Made by a program: the position numbers and the translations under genes. A DNA stretch of 64,000 nucleotides from Eledone cirrhosa (Eukaryota). The notes beneath the pieces were generated by a model. That model worked only from the letters and a program-made list of their open reading frames with translations. It made no database searches and was not told the DNA's origin. Position 1 is the stretch's first letter, and the number at the start of each line of letters is the position of its first letter. Where the stretch lies: NCBI GenBank assembly GCA_964016885.1, contig OZ024741.1:191146001-191210000 (forward strand). Direction: 5' to 3'. This document shows positions 14,151-27,885 of the stretch, in pieces.

Positions 14151-17100
14151 AAGCTGGCACCAGCTCCTGCAATATTTTCACTTAGTTCTGACTCTTGCCT
14201 TCCACCCCTGATGAAAACGGACCTTAGATACTTGAACTTTTCCACCTGCTTCAGTGAAACTCTACTCACATATAAAATGCACTGCACAGGCTTTCTTGAG
14301 AGAATGAGTGTTTCAGTCTCTGCAGCACTGATTTTCATTCCAGCCATGCAGCACTCAGCAGCAAACCTACCAAGTGTATGCCAGAGATCACCTTCCAACA
14401 AGTTAGATAATACCATGTCAACTCCAAATTCCATCTTACTGATCCTACACCAGACAGTCTTGATACCATTTCCAACTCGGCTGCGCATATCAATCCTTTT
14501 TATGAAGATTATAAACAGGAGAGGTGACAGTATGCAGGCTTGGTGGAATTTTATACCCACATTGAATGGTTTCAACTTATCTAAACACAAATACTGGGGA
14601 ATTTGTACAGAGATTTCAGGGCAACAAAAAGCTATCCATCAATCACATACTCCAACAGAACCTTCCTCATCAGGTCCCATGATCGTATGCCTGTTCAAGG
14701 TCTATCAAACAAACATAGACCTCTTGGCACTATTTCCATGATTTCTTAAAGACCTGCTGCAGTATGAATATTTGGTTGGCTGTGCTGCATCCACAGTAAA
14801 AACCACACTGTTTATCAGCTAACTTGGATTTGATAATCTCCCTACAGATTACAGTTAGCACAGACTTTTAGCAATAAGAATATAATATTATATGCAGTGT
14901 TAGCATAAAAGGAATATGTTATTAAAGTGTAGTAGCAAGAAATGTAATGTTTTGTTATGTGGCAATGTTAGCCGAAAGTGAATGTAACGTAGAAGTTGTT
15001 GAAGTTGAAGTTGTTATTCGGTTGTAAGGTTGTCTCCACGAAAGAAGAGAATTTGCTGTTGTAGTGATAGAACCCTGGGTAAATGATTTTCCCATATCAT
15101 GTCCAAGGTGGTGGCAGTGGTAAAAGTATTATAAGACTTTATAACTTTTTACATGATTTATTTACAACTGGAACAGGATTACAAAAGTTGTTTTGGTATG
15201 CCAAATAAAGTGAACAAACAAAATTAAGTGTTATATGCAAATGAAGTGGTCCCTAGCCGACATGTCGCTGACCAGGCCGAAGTTGTAATTTACCATTACA
15301 TGTTTGCTAGGTGTGGACACGGCAAGGAAAAATGGATGTTAGATTCCTGAAGTCAAAACAGCAACTAGTTAAAGGGAAACAAAAGAAGCATGAAAATCTT
15401 CTAGCAGAGCGGAAGTTATATATTCATGTGCGATTTACGATTGGTCAACTGGTGACTAAATCACGCATGAATAGATTATTGTTACGCGCCATGAAGCAAC
15501 TCCGCTACAGACTTTACTGGGGAGGTTTAACAAAGAGATCCTTCTATAATTAAAGCAATCTCTATTGTCTCCATTTTTGAAAATTATCACTCCCTATTGC
15601 CATTACCTAGGTGCCTTTCCAGAAATCCAGGCCTTCCAGCACATATGAGTCAACCAGAAAATACTTTCTTTGTTTAAGGCTTTTAACATTTTGGCTTGAA
15701 TTTCATCCTCTGAAGAGACAATGCCACATTTGAGCTTTTTAACTTCTCTAGTGACCTCAGCCTCTGACTCCCAAATGTACATCAAAAGATGTTGTGACAG
15801 TGTTTAGAAGATCAGCAAAGCATTTTCTCCACCACACCCCTCTCTGAAGCAAGAAAAACCTCTGATGCATTCTTGATAGCAGGTGTGGAGGGGGACTTTT
15901 TATTATGAAGTTGGTAGATAGTCTGCCAGAACACTCTATTTACTGATCTGAGTCAGATTCCAAGTTAACCCCAAAGTTCTCCCATGTCTTTACTTTGGGT
16001 CTCTTTACTGTCTCTACTACGCCTTTTTGTGCTTGCTTGTACCGCAAGTGCAAGAAGGACTTTTTTCCAAGCCAAGCTTTGTAAGTCTCCTTCTTTGACG
16101 TCATGATTGAACTAAGGGATCCTCTTTCAACCTGGCACCATGCCAACATTTAACAGTTGAAGTGGAAACTACTGAGCTGAACAGTTTCTATTCTGTTTCA
16201 ACATTCTCAGTTTTCTCAGGGAGTTCTCTGAATTTGGATGCAATAGTATCCGCAAACATGTTCCTGACTTCCTTATCTGCCAGCACTTACCACTTTATCC
16301 TGTAGGTAAGTGCTGGCAGATAAGGAAGTTTTGTGGGCTTCTTTGGCTTTAGTTAGTCTCAAGTTGCAGATAAGTAGATGCTGATCAGTTGACAGCTCAG
16401 CCCCTCTCTTAATATGAACATCCAGCACAGAATTGAAGAGATTAGAGACAATAACAAAATCAATTATTGATATTTATCCTTGGTTCCTCTTATACCAGGT
16501 ATATTTATTGATGTCTATGTGCTGGAAGAAGGTGTTCACATGAGAAAGCCCATTCTTAGAATAGAAATAATAAGGCCTCTCCATTCGTATTTAGATCAAG
16601 ATCAACATTCCTTCCAATCACTCCTTTCCCTGTTGGGTAGTCAGTGCCAACATGTGCATTGAAGTTTCCCATAAGGATATATAACTCAGTCTTAACTACA
16701 TCTATCACTACAGTGACTTCACCAAAGATTCTCTGTTTGGTGCATAAACTGGCACCACCCGCAGAGACCTATCTTTCAGCCTAATCTTCAGGAGGCAAAT
16801 CCTCCCTCCTAATGGTATCCAGTCCATAACACATTCTGACAAACAGGATCTTGTGAGTTTCCATCCTCCATCCAAATCTACATTACCAGAGACTCAGAAC
16901 TTTGTTGAAGAAACCCTGACTATATCTAGCCAATAGCATCTAGCCCCTTCTAGTTCCTGCTCCTTAGCTGCAAGGGTTGTAACATTCCAGTTGCCAATTG
17001 TTAAGGTTTTCTCCCTTTTGGATTCTCTTTGGGGTTTTGGGATATGCAACCTTTGAGTGTCCATCCCCTGTCTCCCAGGATAGATTGCTGGTTCATTGCC

Positions 17101-17330
17101 AGTTCTCATGGTATTGGATGGAGACTGCAATATATTTTTCAAACAGGCTCCTCTACTTAAAACCTGGATGCGTCTCCTATTACTCCACATGAAGGACAAT
17201 GCAGTCTGAATGCTTTTATTGCATTTAACCATATTGAAGTGTTTTGGTGGGTTTATTCGCACCAATCACCAATTTCATATTTTTCTCAGATCTGTGAAGA
17301 ATAAGCTTTTTTAGAGGCAACCTTCACTCA
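14150..17330 (-). mobile_element. decayed Expander/Rex3-like RTE LINE (family C), interrupted by a solo LTR
   Basis: ORF 16894-17265 TLTIGNWNVTTL (APE start); 15603-15785 RT domain 0-like; 14099-14590 HQACILSPLLF...LKQVEKFKYL. Confidence 0.8.
14867..15509 (-). mobile_element. solo LTR (643 bp) with 4-bp TSD GACT
   Basis: ends TTTAGC (probably mutated TGTAGC)...GCTACA; GACT at 14863-14866 and 15510-15513; LINE sequence resumes on both sides; TATA-like and AATAAA motifs on the minus strand. Confidence 0.7.
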
Positions 17331-18696
17331 CCTTGTCGTAGCTACATCACTGGGTTGTGAGAGTTATCTTGGGAGCTCACAGTATCATTCATTGCTCCAT
17401 TTTCCCCTAGTAGTTTACTGCTGTTGTAAATCTTCAAAATAGCACTACTAAGCACTGCACATATATTATGAAGAGTATTTTGAATACAACAGAAACAACA
17501 CTAAAAACAACACTCCACATATCCATGGCATACAGAGCTGTACTCAATAATGCATTGATGGCATGAAATGAAAACAAGATTAATGATGATGATGATGATG
17601 ATAATTCTTTTTAACATTGGTACAAGGCCAACAATTTGAGAGAATGTGAAAGCCAATTACATTGACCTCAGTATTTAACTGGTACTTTATTTTATTGACG
17701 GATGAAAGATAAAGTTGATCTCAGAAGAGAAATAATAAGTGAAATAAATTATTATGAAATGTAGTTTCCTCTGTTTATTATCATGTCAAAGAATGTTGCA
17801 ATGAGATATTTCAATGTTATAACATTTTTTCATGTTCATGTTTATTTTCACATTGATCTTATGAACCTGGTGTGTCTTATTCTTACATTCACTTATAAAC
17901 AGTTGTTAGACCGTTAGAGCAAAGTAGACTTAAATAAATATTTCTCTTATCTCCCAACAGCAAATTTCTCTGTAATAGTTGTACATGTTTCTTAAAATTT
18001 TCAGTTTTGGTTTTTATTTTGATACAATTCTTTTTTTATATTTAAATGTTTTATTTATTTATTTATGTATGTATGCTTATTTAAAATGTATAAATGTCTG
18101 GGATGGGTTGTTGTTATTAAAATTAAATTTTCCAAACAAATTAATAGATATTCATAATATTTGTATCTCAATTACATTTATATCAGTTTGATTTCTGATG
18201 ATCAAACTAATCACAGCATAGTAAAGATGTAATTATATATATTGTAAATATACACTGTAAAGATGGAGGTCAATTATGTGGAATACTGTAATAATATGAG
18301 TTTATTTTCTTTATTTTGTTAACTGAACACCAAAAACACATCTCTATCACACCATTAAATTTTTGTAATCACAGAGCTTTAACAAACCTTAATCCTGTTT
18401 TTAGATAGACTCTACTATAGATATTGGTTTAGAAGGTTATTTTTTTCAAATCCCTCAAACAGATTGCCTTAACTCTTAACATCCTGTAACGATGATTAAA
18501 CAGAAAATATCAAAAAACATGTTTGTTAATTCAAATGTTTATAGTATCTTTGTTAGTGGACAGATCAATGTGAAAATGTGGTGTATTGAAGTAAAGACTT
18601 TAATTTTCTGTATGATGTGGACATAGTGCTGTTTTGTGCTCTTCAAGAATGCTTTGCAAATGTGGCTTCGGGACATTAAGAGTTTAAAGTACGACA

Positions 18697-18860
18697 GAAT
18701 TAGTAGAACATCAGATAAAATGCAAATGTGGTATTTGTTCTGGTTCTTTACATTCTGATTTCATTTCCTGCCAAAGTCAACTTTGCATTTTCATCCTTCT
18801 GAGGTAAAAAAATAAAGTACCAGGTACTTGGGGGTTGATTTAATCAATTCTGCCCTTCTT
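18697..18860 (+). mobile_element. old degenerate SINE copy
   Basis: gtcaactttgc.ttt.catcctt...ataaagtacca core shared with the younger copies. Confidence 0.6.
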
Positions 18861-19454
18861 CTAAATTAAAAATCCATATAAATATGAATGCTTCAAAATA
18901 GTTATTTTTATATCAAGAACCAAGGATGGTTTAGATGGGTTAGTATCAAAAGGGTAAATACTATAGCTCACTTGCTGTGACCAAGGGACTATAGGGTTGA
19001 ATTCCATGATATACCAACTAGGTCAAATGTCAAACTTGCCACAAGAATGCTATAAATTGTACCTTTACATAAGGTCAATAAAACAGCTATCAAGTTACCC
19101 ATAGAGTTAAAAACCTAATATATGTGACAGTGAGTGTGATTCTCTGAAGAGAAGGCTGAAAACTGAACTCAAATATTGCCTGTTTCCTTCTTTTTCCATG
19201 AGAATTTTCAGGAAATTCAGGAAAAAATTTAGAATTTTATTTTTATCCACTTGTTTGTTCATATTATTTTTTTAGTAAAGTGAGAATATTGAAACAACAA
19301 ATGAGTTTAACTACACATTCTGAATATGTACATATATGTGTGAATATCTGCATATATGCAGGTTATATATGTGTGTATCTGTTTATGATTGTATCTAAGT
19401 GTGTGTTTATTTCTTCATGTGTATCTATGTATGTGTATGTATATGTACACGTTT

Positions 19455-20067
19455 ATACTTGGGAGTAATTGTGGGCAACATAAGCTGGGCCACTCATATA
19501 AACAGCAAAGTTGACATGGCCTGCAGAATATGTTCCTGGATTCTCAGAACTTTCCAGTTAAGAGATATCCACACCATTATCCTTCTCTTCTCTACTTTTA
19601 CCTAACCCCCACCTTGAATACTGTTGTCCACTGTGGTCTCCCCATACAAAACAAAGTATTATGAAAATTGAAGCACCTCAAAAGTCAATCACAAAAAAAA
19701 TAGATGGCATGACAGGCCTTGACTATTGGGGTTGACTAGAAAAGCTCAAACTCTACTCTCTCCAATGTAGCCATGAATGCTACATTATCTGCATGATGTG
19801 GAAAATATTCCATCACCATTGCCCAAATGATGTTGGAATCATCTTTACAGTACATCTAAGGCTTGAGCCACGTGCTATCCATCCACAACAAAAATCGCAC
19901 TCGCATCTCATAACCACATTATGGCACAATTATTTCACCTCAATTGGTTCTGCTCTTTATAACATTACACCAAAACACATTAAAACAGAAACAGATCTCA
20001 TAAAATTCAAAAAGTCTTTGGACAAATTCCTCCAAGAAATCCTGAATAAACCTCTTACACCTGGATC

Positions 20068-20117
<50 letters not shown>

Positions 20118-20610
20118 TTTATGTCCGCTTTTCCCTGATTGCAAGGGTGGGATGGGTCCTATTCAGCACAGCATCTCTCCACTTGTCATGGTCCTTTGTC
20201 ATCTCCTCCGTGAGCTTCAGCGATCCTAGGTCTGCTCTCACCACCTCCGCCCATGTTTTTCGGGTCTTCCGCTACTGCGTCTTCCTTCTACTGGGATTTC
20301 TTGGCACTTCTTTACCCAGTGGTTATCCTCCATGCGCATCACATGTCCATACCATCACAATCTTCTCTCTCACACACAGTTTCTCTCTCAACTCATCTAT
20401 GCTTGGTGGGCCATGGTGTCCAAATCCTGATTTGGTGGCGCTATTAAGTTAGACATGGCCTGGGCTAGTACTGGCCTAAACCTACCAAAGTTATATATAT
20501 ATGACAAGTAGGTATGTTTTGCAACAGTGAGCTAGCCCGAAATTAGAAACAAAAACTAATTATACTAATAATTGCAAAAGACAAACCCAAAATCAACAGA
20601 GCTACAAAGA
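19455..20610 (+). mobile_element. 3' fragment of a CR1/L2-type LINE, split by an RTE insertion
   Basis: YLGVIV..ISW..HI, WILRTF, (P)HLEYCCPLWSP, FKKSLDKFL; tail at 20560-20610 resembles 8200-8250. Confidence 0.7.
20065..20395 (-). mobile_element. short 3' RTE fragment (family B) with (GAT)n tail, nested in the CR1-like element
   Basis: (CAT)n 20065-20117, then tttatgtccgcttttccctg..gcaagggtggga (also at 53205 and 53440); minus strand reads WYGHVM-like. Confidence 0.7.
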
Positions 20611-20639
20611 AATGGAAAAAGATATATATAGATATATGA

Positions 20640-23600
20640 TCGTCAGCATCATCATCGTTTAACATCCATCTTCCACGCTAGCATGGGTTAGACGGGAGTT
20701 GTCCCAATTTGAGGCAACATTGGTCAAGTGACTGTGTCTCGCTCATATAGGACTATCGGCAAGTTTTCTATGGCTGGATGCCCTTCCTAACACCAACCAC
20801 ATTTACAGTGTGGACTGGGAACTTTTTACCGTGTTACCTACACGGCCACATTACAGCGTGAACTGTGTGTTTTTTTTTCGTGATACCTACACGATCTCGA
20901 TCTCATTATCTCATTTATTTGGACTGGATGTTGTGGTACCAACTTTACAGAGAAAGGGTGGTGTTGGTGGGAGTGGGAGGATGGAGTAGAGGTAGTGGAT
21001 TGGGGTGTATATTTGGTTAAGAGGTGCCTACTGACTGTAGGTTTCGTTTTGTACATAGGCAAGGCGGGTCTTCTGTGTGGCACCAAAGATCTCGGTCCAG
21101 TGACATTGTCTTAGAGAGTACAAGTGTGTAAGGTCGGAATTTATTAAAAATCGTCCCAGGTTTTTCTGGGTCTACCTACTCCGTAACTTCCATCAATTTT
21201 GAAACCTTTTGTGGCCAACCGTGGTATAAGCCCTCTGAACTTTTTCCATCCTGTTCTGACTCTGGCTACTGTACTTTCAGAGCACCCTCCACCACTGCTG
21301 TTTTTGTCACCCAGGTAACGGAAAATGTCCACTATTTCTATAGTACCATTTGAGCAAGTGAAGGAGCTAGTATCCTGTGGGCACTTGCTACTTATTGCAT
21401 CTGAGCATCGGCTACATATAAAATCTACATTCTTAGATAGCCTGCCTATGATCCCACTACATCTTTTATGTATCCATAGTTTGCATTTGGGACATAAAAT
21501 GGAATTTCTGCTTACTCCTTTCCTACTCACTGAGCTTGGCCATTTCCCAGAGGGCACCTGTGCCCTATTTTCCTTTATACATACTAGAACTTTAGTCTTG
21601 GACAAGTTAACTTTAAGACCTTTTGATTCTAGGCCATGCTTCCATGTTTGGAATTTCTTCTCTAGTTCAGCCATAGATTCAGCTATGAGAGATAGATCAT
21701 CTGTGTATAGGAGTTTCCATGGGTAGCCAGTCTTAAACTCCTCTGTTATAGCATGTAAGGCAATAATAAATAGGAAGGGGCTAAGGACAGAGCCTTGATG
21801 AACATCAACTTTTACACTAAATTCTTCACAATATTCATTGTTAATTCTAACCTTACTGACTGTTTCTTTATACATGGCTTGTATAGCTCTCACAAGCCAT
21901 TCATCTACTCCTAGTTTTCTAAAGAGCTCACCAGATAATGGAGCAAGGGACTCTGTCAAAGGCTTTCTCCAAGTCAACAAACGCTAAGTAGAGGGGGTTT
22001 ACTATTAGCTAGGTACTTCTCCTGTAGTCGTACAAGGAAAATAGCGTCTGTTGTACTTTTACCTGACACAAACCCAAACTGCATTTCATCTAGATGAATT
22101 CGCTCTCTGATTAGTTGCGCTATAACTCTTTCTGTGACCTTCATGACCTGGTCAACTAACTTAATGCCTCTATAGTTTCCCCTATCTAGAGCATCTCCTT
22201 TACTCTTGTAGCAGTTAATGATGATGATGCTACACCAGCCTTTTAGTATGACCCCATTCTGTATTACTTGGTTTACTATCCAGGTGACCATAGTGTGTCC
22301 CACCATTCCAGATGCTTTCAACATCTCAGGAACTATCTCCGAAAGCCCAGCTGCCTTGCCTGTCTTCATATCTTTGATTGTCTTACTTATTATACTAGCT
22401 TTAACTTGCACCGCTGGTCCTTCTATTGGATCGATTTGGGGCAGACTATCTTTTTCCCATTTATTCTCCTCATTTAGTAGTCTCGCGTAGTGATACTTCC
22501 AAGCTACCTTCTTATCGGTATCAGTGAGGGAAAGTACACCATTATCATTACGGACACACTTCTCTCCGACAATATCATGGTTTTCCTTGATACATTGTCT
22601 AGCAATCCTGAACACCTTGCGTTTTTGGTCCTCACGTTGTAGAACATGCTTGCACTTTCTATCCTCTGCTTCCCTTTTTGCAAAGTACACTTCTTTCCTG
22701 GCCACTTGATAGTGTTCTCTACTTCCCCTATCCTGCCATACTTTCCAAGCCTGCTTTTTGGCCTTGATTGTCTCCTCCACCTTACTGTTCCACCACCAAG
22801 TTACTCTCCTCCTGCCTATAGGTTTGCTCCAACCACAGATTTCATCCGTCGCTTTCAGCAAGTTCACTTTCAAGAATTCCCACTGTTCCTCTATATTGTA
22901 CGTCTCTAATTGCTCTTCCTTATTGTCAAAAGCATCAAGTAATAAGCTTTTAAATTGTCACTGGCTGTGGGGTCCTTCAACTTCCATATTCTACTCCTCA
23001 AGGTAGTCCTCCTCTGTCGTCGAGTACATCTAGTCCTGACTATGAGGTCACTAACTACTAGGCTATGTTGGAAGGGGCATTCTTCATGGGGGAGGGATTT
23101 AGTGTTTACAACAGACACTTTGTCACGTCTTCTAGTAAGGATATAATCTATCTGGCTGGCGTGTTCCCCTGATCTATTGGTGATCAAGTGATTTTTTCAT
23201 TTTTTGAAGTTTGTGTTACAGATAGTTAGGTTATTAGCGTCAAAGAATTCCAGGATTCTGAAGCATTCCTCATTTCTATTACCAAACCCATAGCCTCCAT
23301 GGATTCCATCACAGCCATCACTATGTTGTCCAACATGACCATTTAGGTCGCCAGCAATAATTAAGTAGTCGCTGTCAGTTATTTGTGAGGTAGTGTGCAT
23401 TAGCGACTCATAGAACCTGTCCTTTATAACATCAGGTAGACCATATTGGGGTGCATAAGCAGATATTATTGTCACAGTAGTTCTATTTGGAACAAGTCTT
23501 ATTTTAATTATTCTGTCATTCACTCTATTTATGTCAATTACCTTATCTACCCATTTTTCCGCTAACATAATTCCTACTCCACTCAGTCCGTTGTCATTTC

Positions 23601-23980
23601 CCACCCAGAAAAGTTTATAGCATCGTTTTTTACCCACAATGAATCTAACAAACCCACCTCTCCACCAAGTCTCTTGAACTCAACAAACATCAACTTCCTT
23701 ACGTTCAAGCATCTCTACAACCTCATTTGAGCGGCCTTTCAATGTGCCTACGTTCATGGTACCAGCTTTGAAGTTGGGTGGAATGGATGGGTTGGAGGGG
23801 CAGGGAGGGGTGTGGGAGACAGAATTATGTTGGTCATCTATGTCTGAAATAAATATATGGGAGGGAGTGGTGAATGTGAATATGTGTGTATATGTGTATT
23901 GGGGTGTTTTTGTGTGTGCATGCATGGTTGTATGTATGTGTGAATGTTCATTTGTATATCAGTGTGTGTTTCAAAGTATG
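20640..23980 (-). mobile_element. near full-length RTE-A LINE, frameshifted, with a deletion in the C-terminal region
   Basis: ORFs 23680-23925 (GTMNVGTL), 23197-23637, 22906-23187, 21974-22873, 21144-21980 (HQGSVLSP, LYTDD, Cys motif). Confidence 0.92.
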
Positions 23981-24311
23981 AATGTAAGTGTGTGCATGTA
24001 AGAACTATATACATCCTGTTTCAGTGAAATGGCATATAAAATGTTTACAATTTGGCCATGTATATACTTGTTCAGTTGTGCATATATGTGCACACTCCCA
24101 TAACATAAATCCTGACATATACATACACGCAACATAGTTGTACAGATACATAGACACACAAACACGCACGTGTACACACACACACGCACTTGCTCACACA
24201 CACACACAAATACATTGACATACACATATAATAACTATTTACACTCACACAAAGAAGTAAATATATTTATATATCTGGAATTTACATAGATTCTTACACA
24301 CGTACACACAT

Positions 24312-24900
24312 ATCATCATTTAACATCAGCTTTTCCATGCTGGCTTTGGTTAGGCATTTCACTACTTAATTAGAGCTACTGTCCTCCTAGACAGGTTGGG
24401 GGACCACTTCTTTCTTGATATGTTCTATTTTGGGTGTAGTTTCTACTATTGGATGCTCTTTCTAATGTTACCCACTTTATGGAGTGTACTAGGTGCAAGT
24501 AATTGTAAGATTAACACTAGAAGTTATCATGTCTTTGATGTGACTAAAAGGTCCTTGCCACCTTTCTTTTTTGTAAGATTTATATAGCCGGATGCTCTTC
24601 CTAACGTTAACCAGTATATAGAGTGTAATGGGTACATTTTATCATAGCATTTGCATTAGAGATATTATCATGTCCTTGGCTTATTGATGAATCCTCTCTA
24701 CACTGTTGTTGCTATACAGTTATGGAACCATGTCATGAACAATACATTCGATTTTTGGCATGATTTCTACTGCTGGATGCCCTTCCTATTACTAATCCCT
24801 TTATGAATTGTACTATGTTGTTGTTGCACAAATACCTATCACTTTACAAGATATACTGAGACTTTTTTATAGTGGCAACAGCACTAAAGGGATCACTTTG
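24312..24900 (-). mobile_element. old RTE-type 3' UTR relics
   Basis: three degenerate copies of the ggatgcccttcctaa motif after a short (CAT) tail. Confidence 0.5.
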
Positions 24901-25705
24901 TTCCAGTGCAAATGTGACCAATAGTGAAAGTGGAAGAGTGTGATGGCTAAGGTGGGAATATAGTTATAAATGTGGTAGGGCAGCCGGAAGGATGAGTCTC
25001 CATAATGGTAGAAGGTTAAATAGATAACAGAAGCACAAAGGAAACACAGTGGGAGAGGAAGAACAATAAGAGTGAGTGATGGAGTTGTAGCAGGAAGAGA
25101 GGTAGCAGGAAGACAGATAAAAGAGAAAGGGAGCTATGGTTAACTATAGAGAATGTTGGTCAAGACAGGAATTAGGTAGAGAAATAGATAGGTAATGGTG
25201 AAGGCACAACATTTGGCTACAGGTCTGTGTGTCACTAAGCATTCAAGAGGGAGCATAAATATATAGTTTAGGTTATCAGGTTCAGAGAGGCCCTTTGTCA
25301 GACTTTGGTGTTTGGAGTGGGGTGGGGGCTTTGTGTCAGAACATTCAGAGTGGGCACTCAAACATGCAAGGAACCTATTTCAGGAGGTTTTTTTTATAAA
25401 CTATATATTTTTTAAAATCTGAGGGTACGCCATTGAGAAGTAGGGGGCAGTGGACAAACCTGAGTTCAGGTGTCTGTCTGTGTGTCCAAGTTCCATAGTT
25501 CACTAGTAGGTTTTTGTGTTGGTCTTCCTACAGTATTGTCCTTCTTCACCCACCCTAATGGTGGTCAATGGTCGATGCTAGTAGAAAATATTGGAATTCT
25601 TTCGGGCCACATTGTAGCATGATTTTTTCCCTCCTTCACCACTGCATTCACCATACCAAACAATGTACACTTATAACCTCATCCACATTGCAGTGATTAT
25701 TTTCT

Positions 25706-27738
25706 TGTTTTACAACGTGAGGACCACAAACAGGAGGTGTTCAAGATTGCGAGGCAGTGTGTCAGAGAGAATTCTGATGTCATTGGAGAGAAGTGTATCC
25801 AGAATGATAAAGGTGAGCTTGGCCTCAGAAGTGCTGAGAAGAAAGATGCGTGGAAGAGCCATTATGATAGATTACTAAATGAGGAGAATGCATGGGAAGA
25901 AGAGACCCTACCCCAAGTAGACCCTATAGAGGGGCCAGCAGTACAAGTCAGCAGCAGCGTAGTGAGTAAGGCAATCAAAGATATGAAGATGTGGAAGGCA
26001 ACGGTCCATCGGGTATAGCTGCCGAGATGCTGAAGGCATCTGGGTCAGTAGGTCACACCATAACCACACGTATTGTTAACCAGGTAATACTAGATGGTGT
26101 CATACCAAAGGATTGGTGCAGTAGCATCATTGTCAACTGCTGCAAAAGTAAAGTTGATGAACTAGATAGAGGAAACTATAGAGGTATAAAACTGATGGAC
26201 CAGGTCATGAGAGTAACAGTTGATTAGGGACCGGGTGAAACAAGATGAGATGCAATTTGGGTTTGTGCCAGGAAGAAGCACCACTGATGCCCTCTTCCTT
26301 GTGAGGCAGTTACAGGAAAAGTACCTAGCTAAAAGTAAGCCGCTCTACCTGGCATTCGTCGATCTTGAGAAAGCCTTTGACAGAGTTCCCTGTGCTAAAA
26401 TCTGGTGGGCTCTTAGAAAACTAGGAGTAGATGAATGGCTTGTGAAAGCTGTACAAGCCATGTATAGGGGAGCAGTCAGCAAAGTTAGGATTAGCAATGA
26501 GTATAGCGAGGAACTTAGCGTACATGTCGGTGTCCACCAGGGCTCTGTTCTTAGCCCTCTCCTGTTCATCATAGTTCTGCAGGCAATAACGGAGGAGTTT
26601 AAGACCGGATGCCCATGGGAACTCCTGTATGCAGATGACCTCGCACTTATAGCTGAATCTATGGTAGAACTAGAGAAGAAATTCCAAACTTGGAAGCAGA
26701 GACTAGAAAGAAAGGGTCTCAAAGTCAACCTGACAAAGACTAAGGTTCTTGTAAGTAGACAAGAAAACAGAACCCAGATCCCCTCAGGGAAATGGACTTG
26801 CTCAGTATGTAGGAAAGGTGTAGGTAGGAACTCCATTCCCTGCCCCAAATGCAAACAATGGGTACATAAGAGATTTAGCGGGATCTCAGGAAGCTTAACT
26901 AAGAATGTAGGCTTCACATGTAGCAGCTGCGCTGGGACAGCAAGCAGCAAACAGTCACAGGAAACAAGTACCACCAAAAGCTTTTCCCTCAAAATGAAAG
27001 GCAGACTGTATGATGCGTGTATATAAACAACAATGTTACATAGTAGTGAGACCTGGGCGCTGTCTGTGGAAGACTTGCGAAGATTAGAAAGAAACGAAGC
27101 CTGCATGCTCCGATAGATGTGTAATAGTTATATACGCGAACGGCAAAGCATAAACTAATTGAGAGAGAGACTGAGCATAAGAGGAATCAAATGCTGTGTG
27201 CAGGAGAGGCGGTTGCGTTCGTATGGACATGTGATGCGTATGAAGGATGACAGCTGCATAAAAAGGTGCAGAGCTCTAGAATCGATGGAAACTGTGGAGT
27301 CGGGAGACCCAAGAAGTCCTGGGATGAGGTGGTAAAAGCTGACCTTACCCAATTACACCTCTCAAAAGCAATGACACATGACCGTGACCTCTGGCGTCAT
27401 GCAGTAATACAGAAGACGCGGTCACCCACGGATACAAGCCGAAATTGAAGCATATAGACAATATGCCCCCACACCCACCCCACTGCAAAGTGGTCGTGGA
27501 TGTGCCACGGCAAAAAAGCACCCAGCCCACACTGTAAAGTGGACGTGTAGGCGCCATGGAAAAAAAAGCACCCAGCACTCACTGTAAATGAGGTTGGTGT
27601 TAGGAAGGGCATCCAGCTGTAGAAATCAAGCCAGAATCAGTTCCCGTATGAACAAGACATGGTCAGCTGACTGGAAACTGCCCACAACAGGACAACACGT
27701 CTAACCCATGCTAGCGTGGAAGAACGGACGTAAAACGG

Positions 27739-27768
<30 letters not shown>
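25706..27768 (+). mobile_element. 5'-truncated RTE-A LINE with (GAT)n tail
   Basis: ORF 26220-27026 with AFVDLEKAFD, HQGSVLSPLLF, LLYADD and the Cys insert; 3' UTR; (GAT)n at 27740-27767. Confidence 0.93.
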
Positions 27769-27769
<1 letters not shown>

Positions 27770-27885
27770 TTTATAGAGGATTGGTTCTTCATTCTTACTT
27801 TTGGTCCTTCCTTCCAAGCCATCTACCAAATACATGGTCCTTACTTCACAGACATCTACCATATACAATGTGAAACATTCTCAGC

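Noticed and set aside
18183-18210. CTGATGA inside a small hairpin
   Set aside because: No downstream GAAA/UH arrangement with pairing stems
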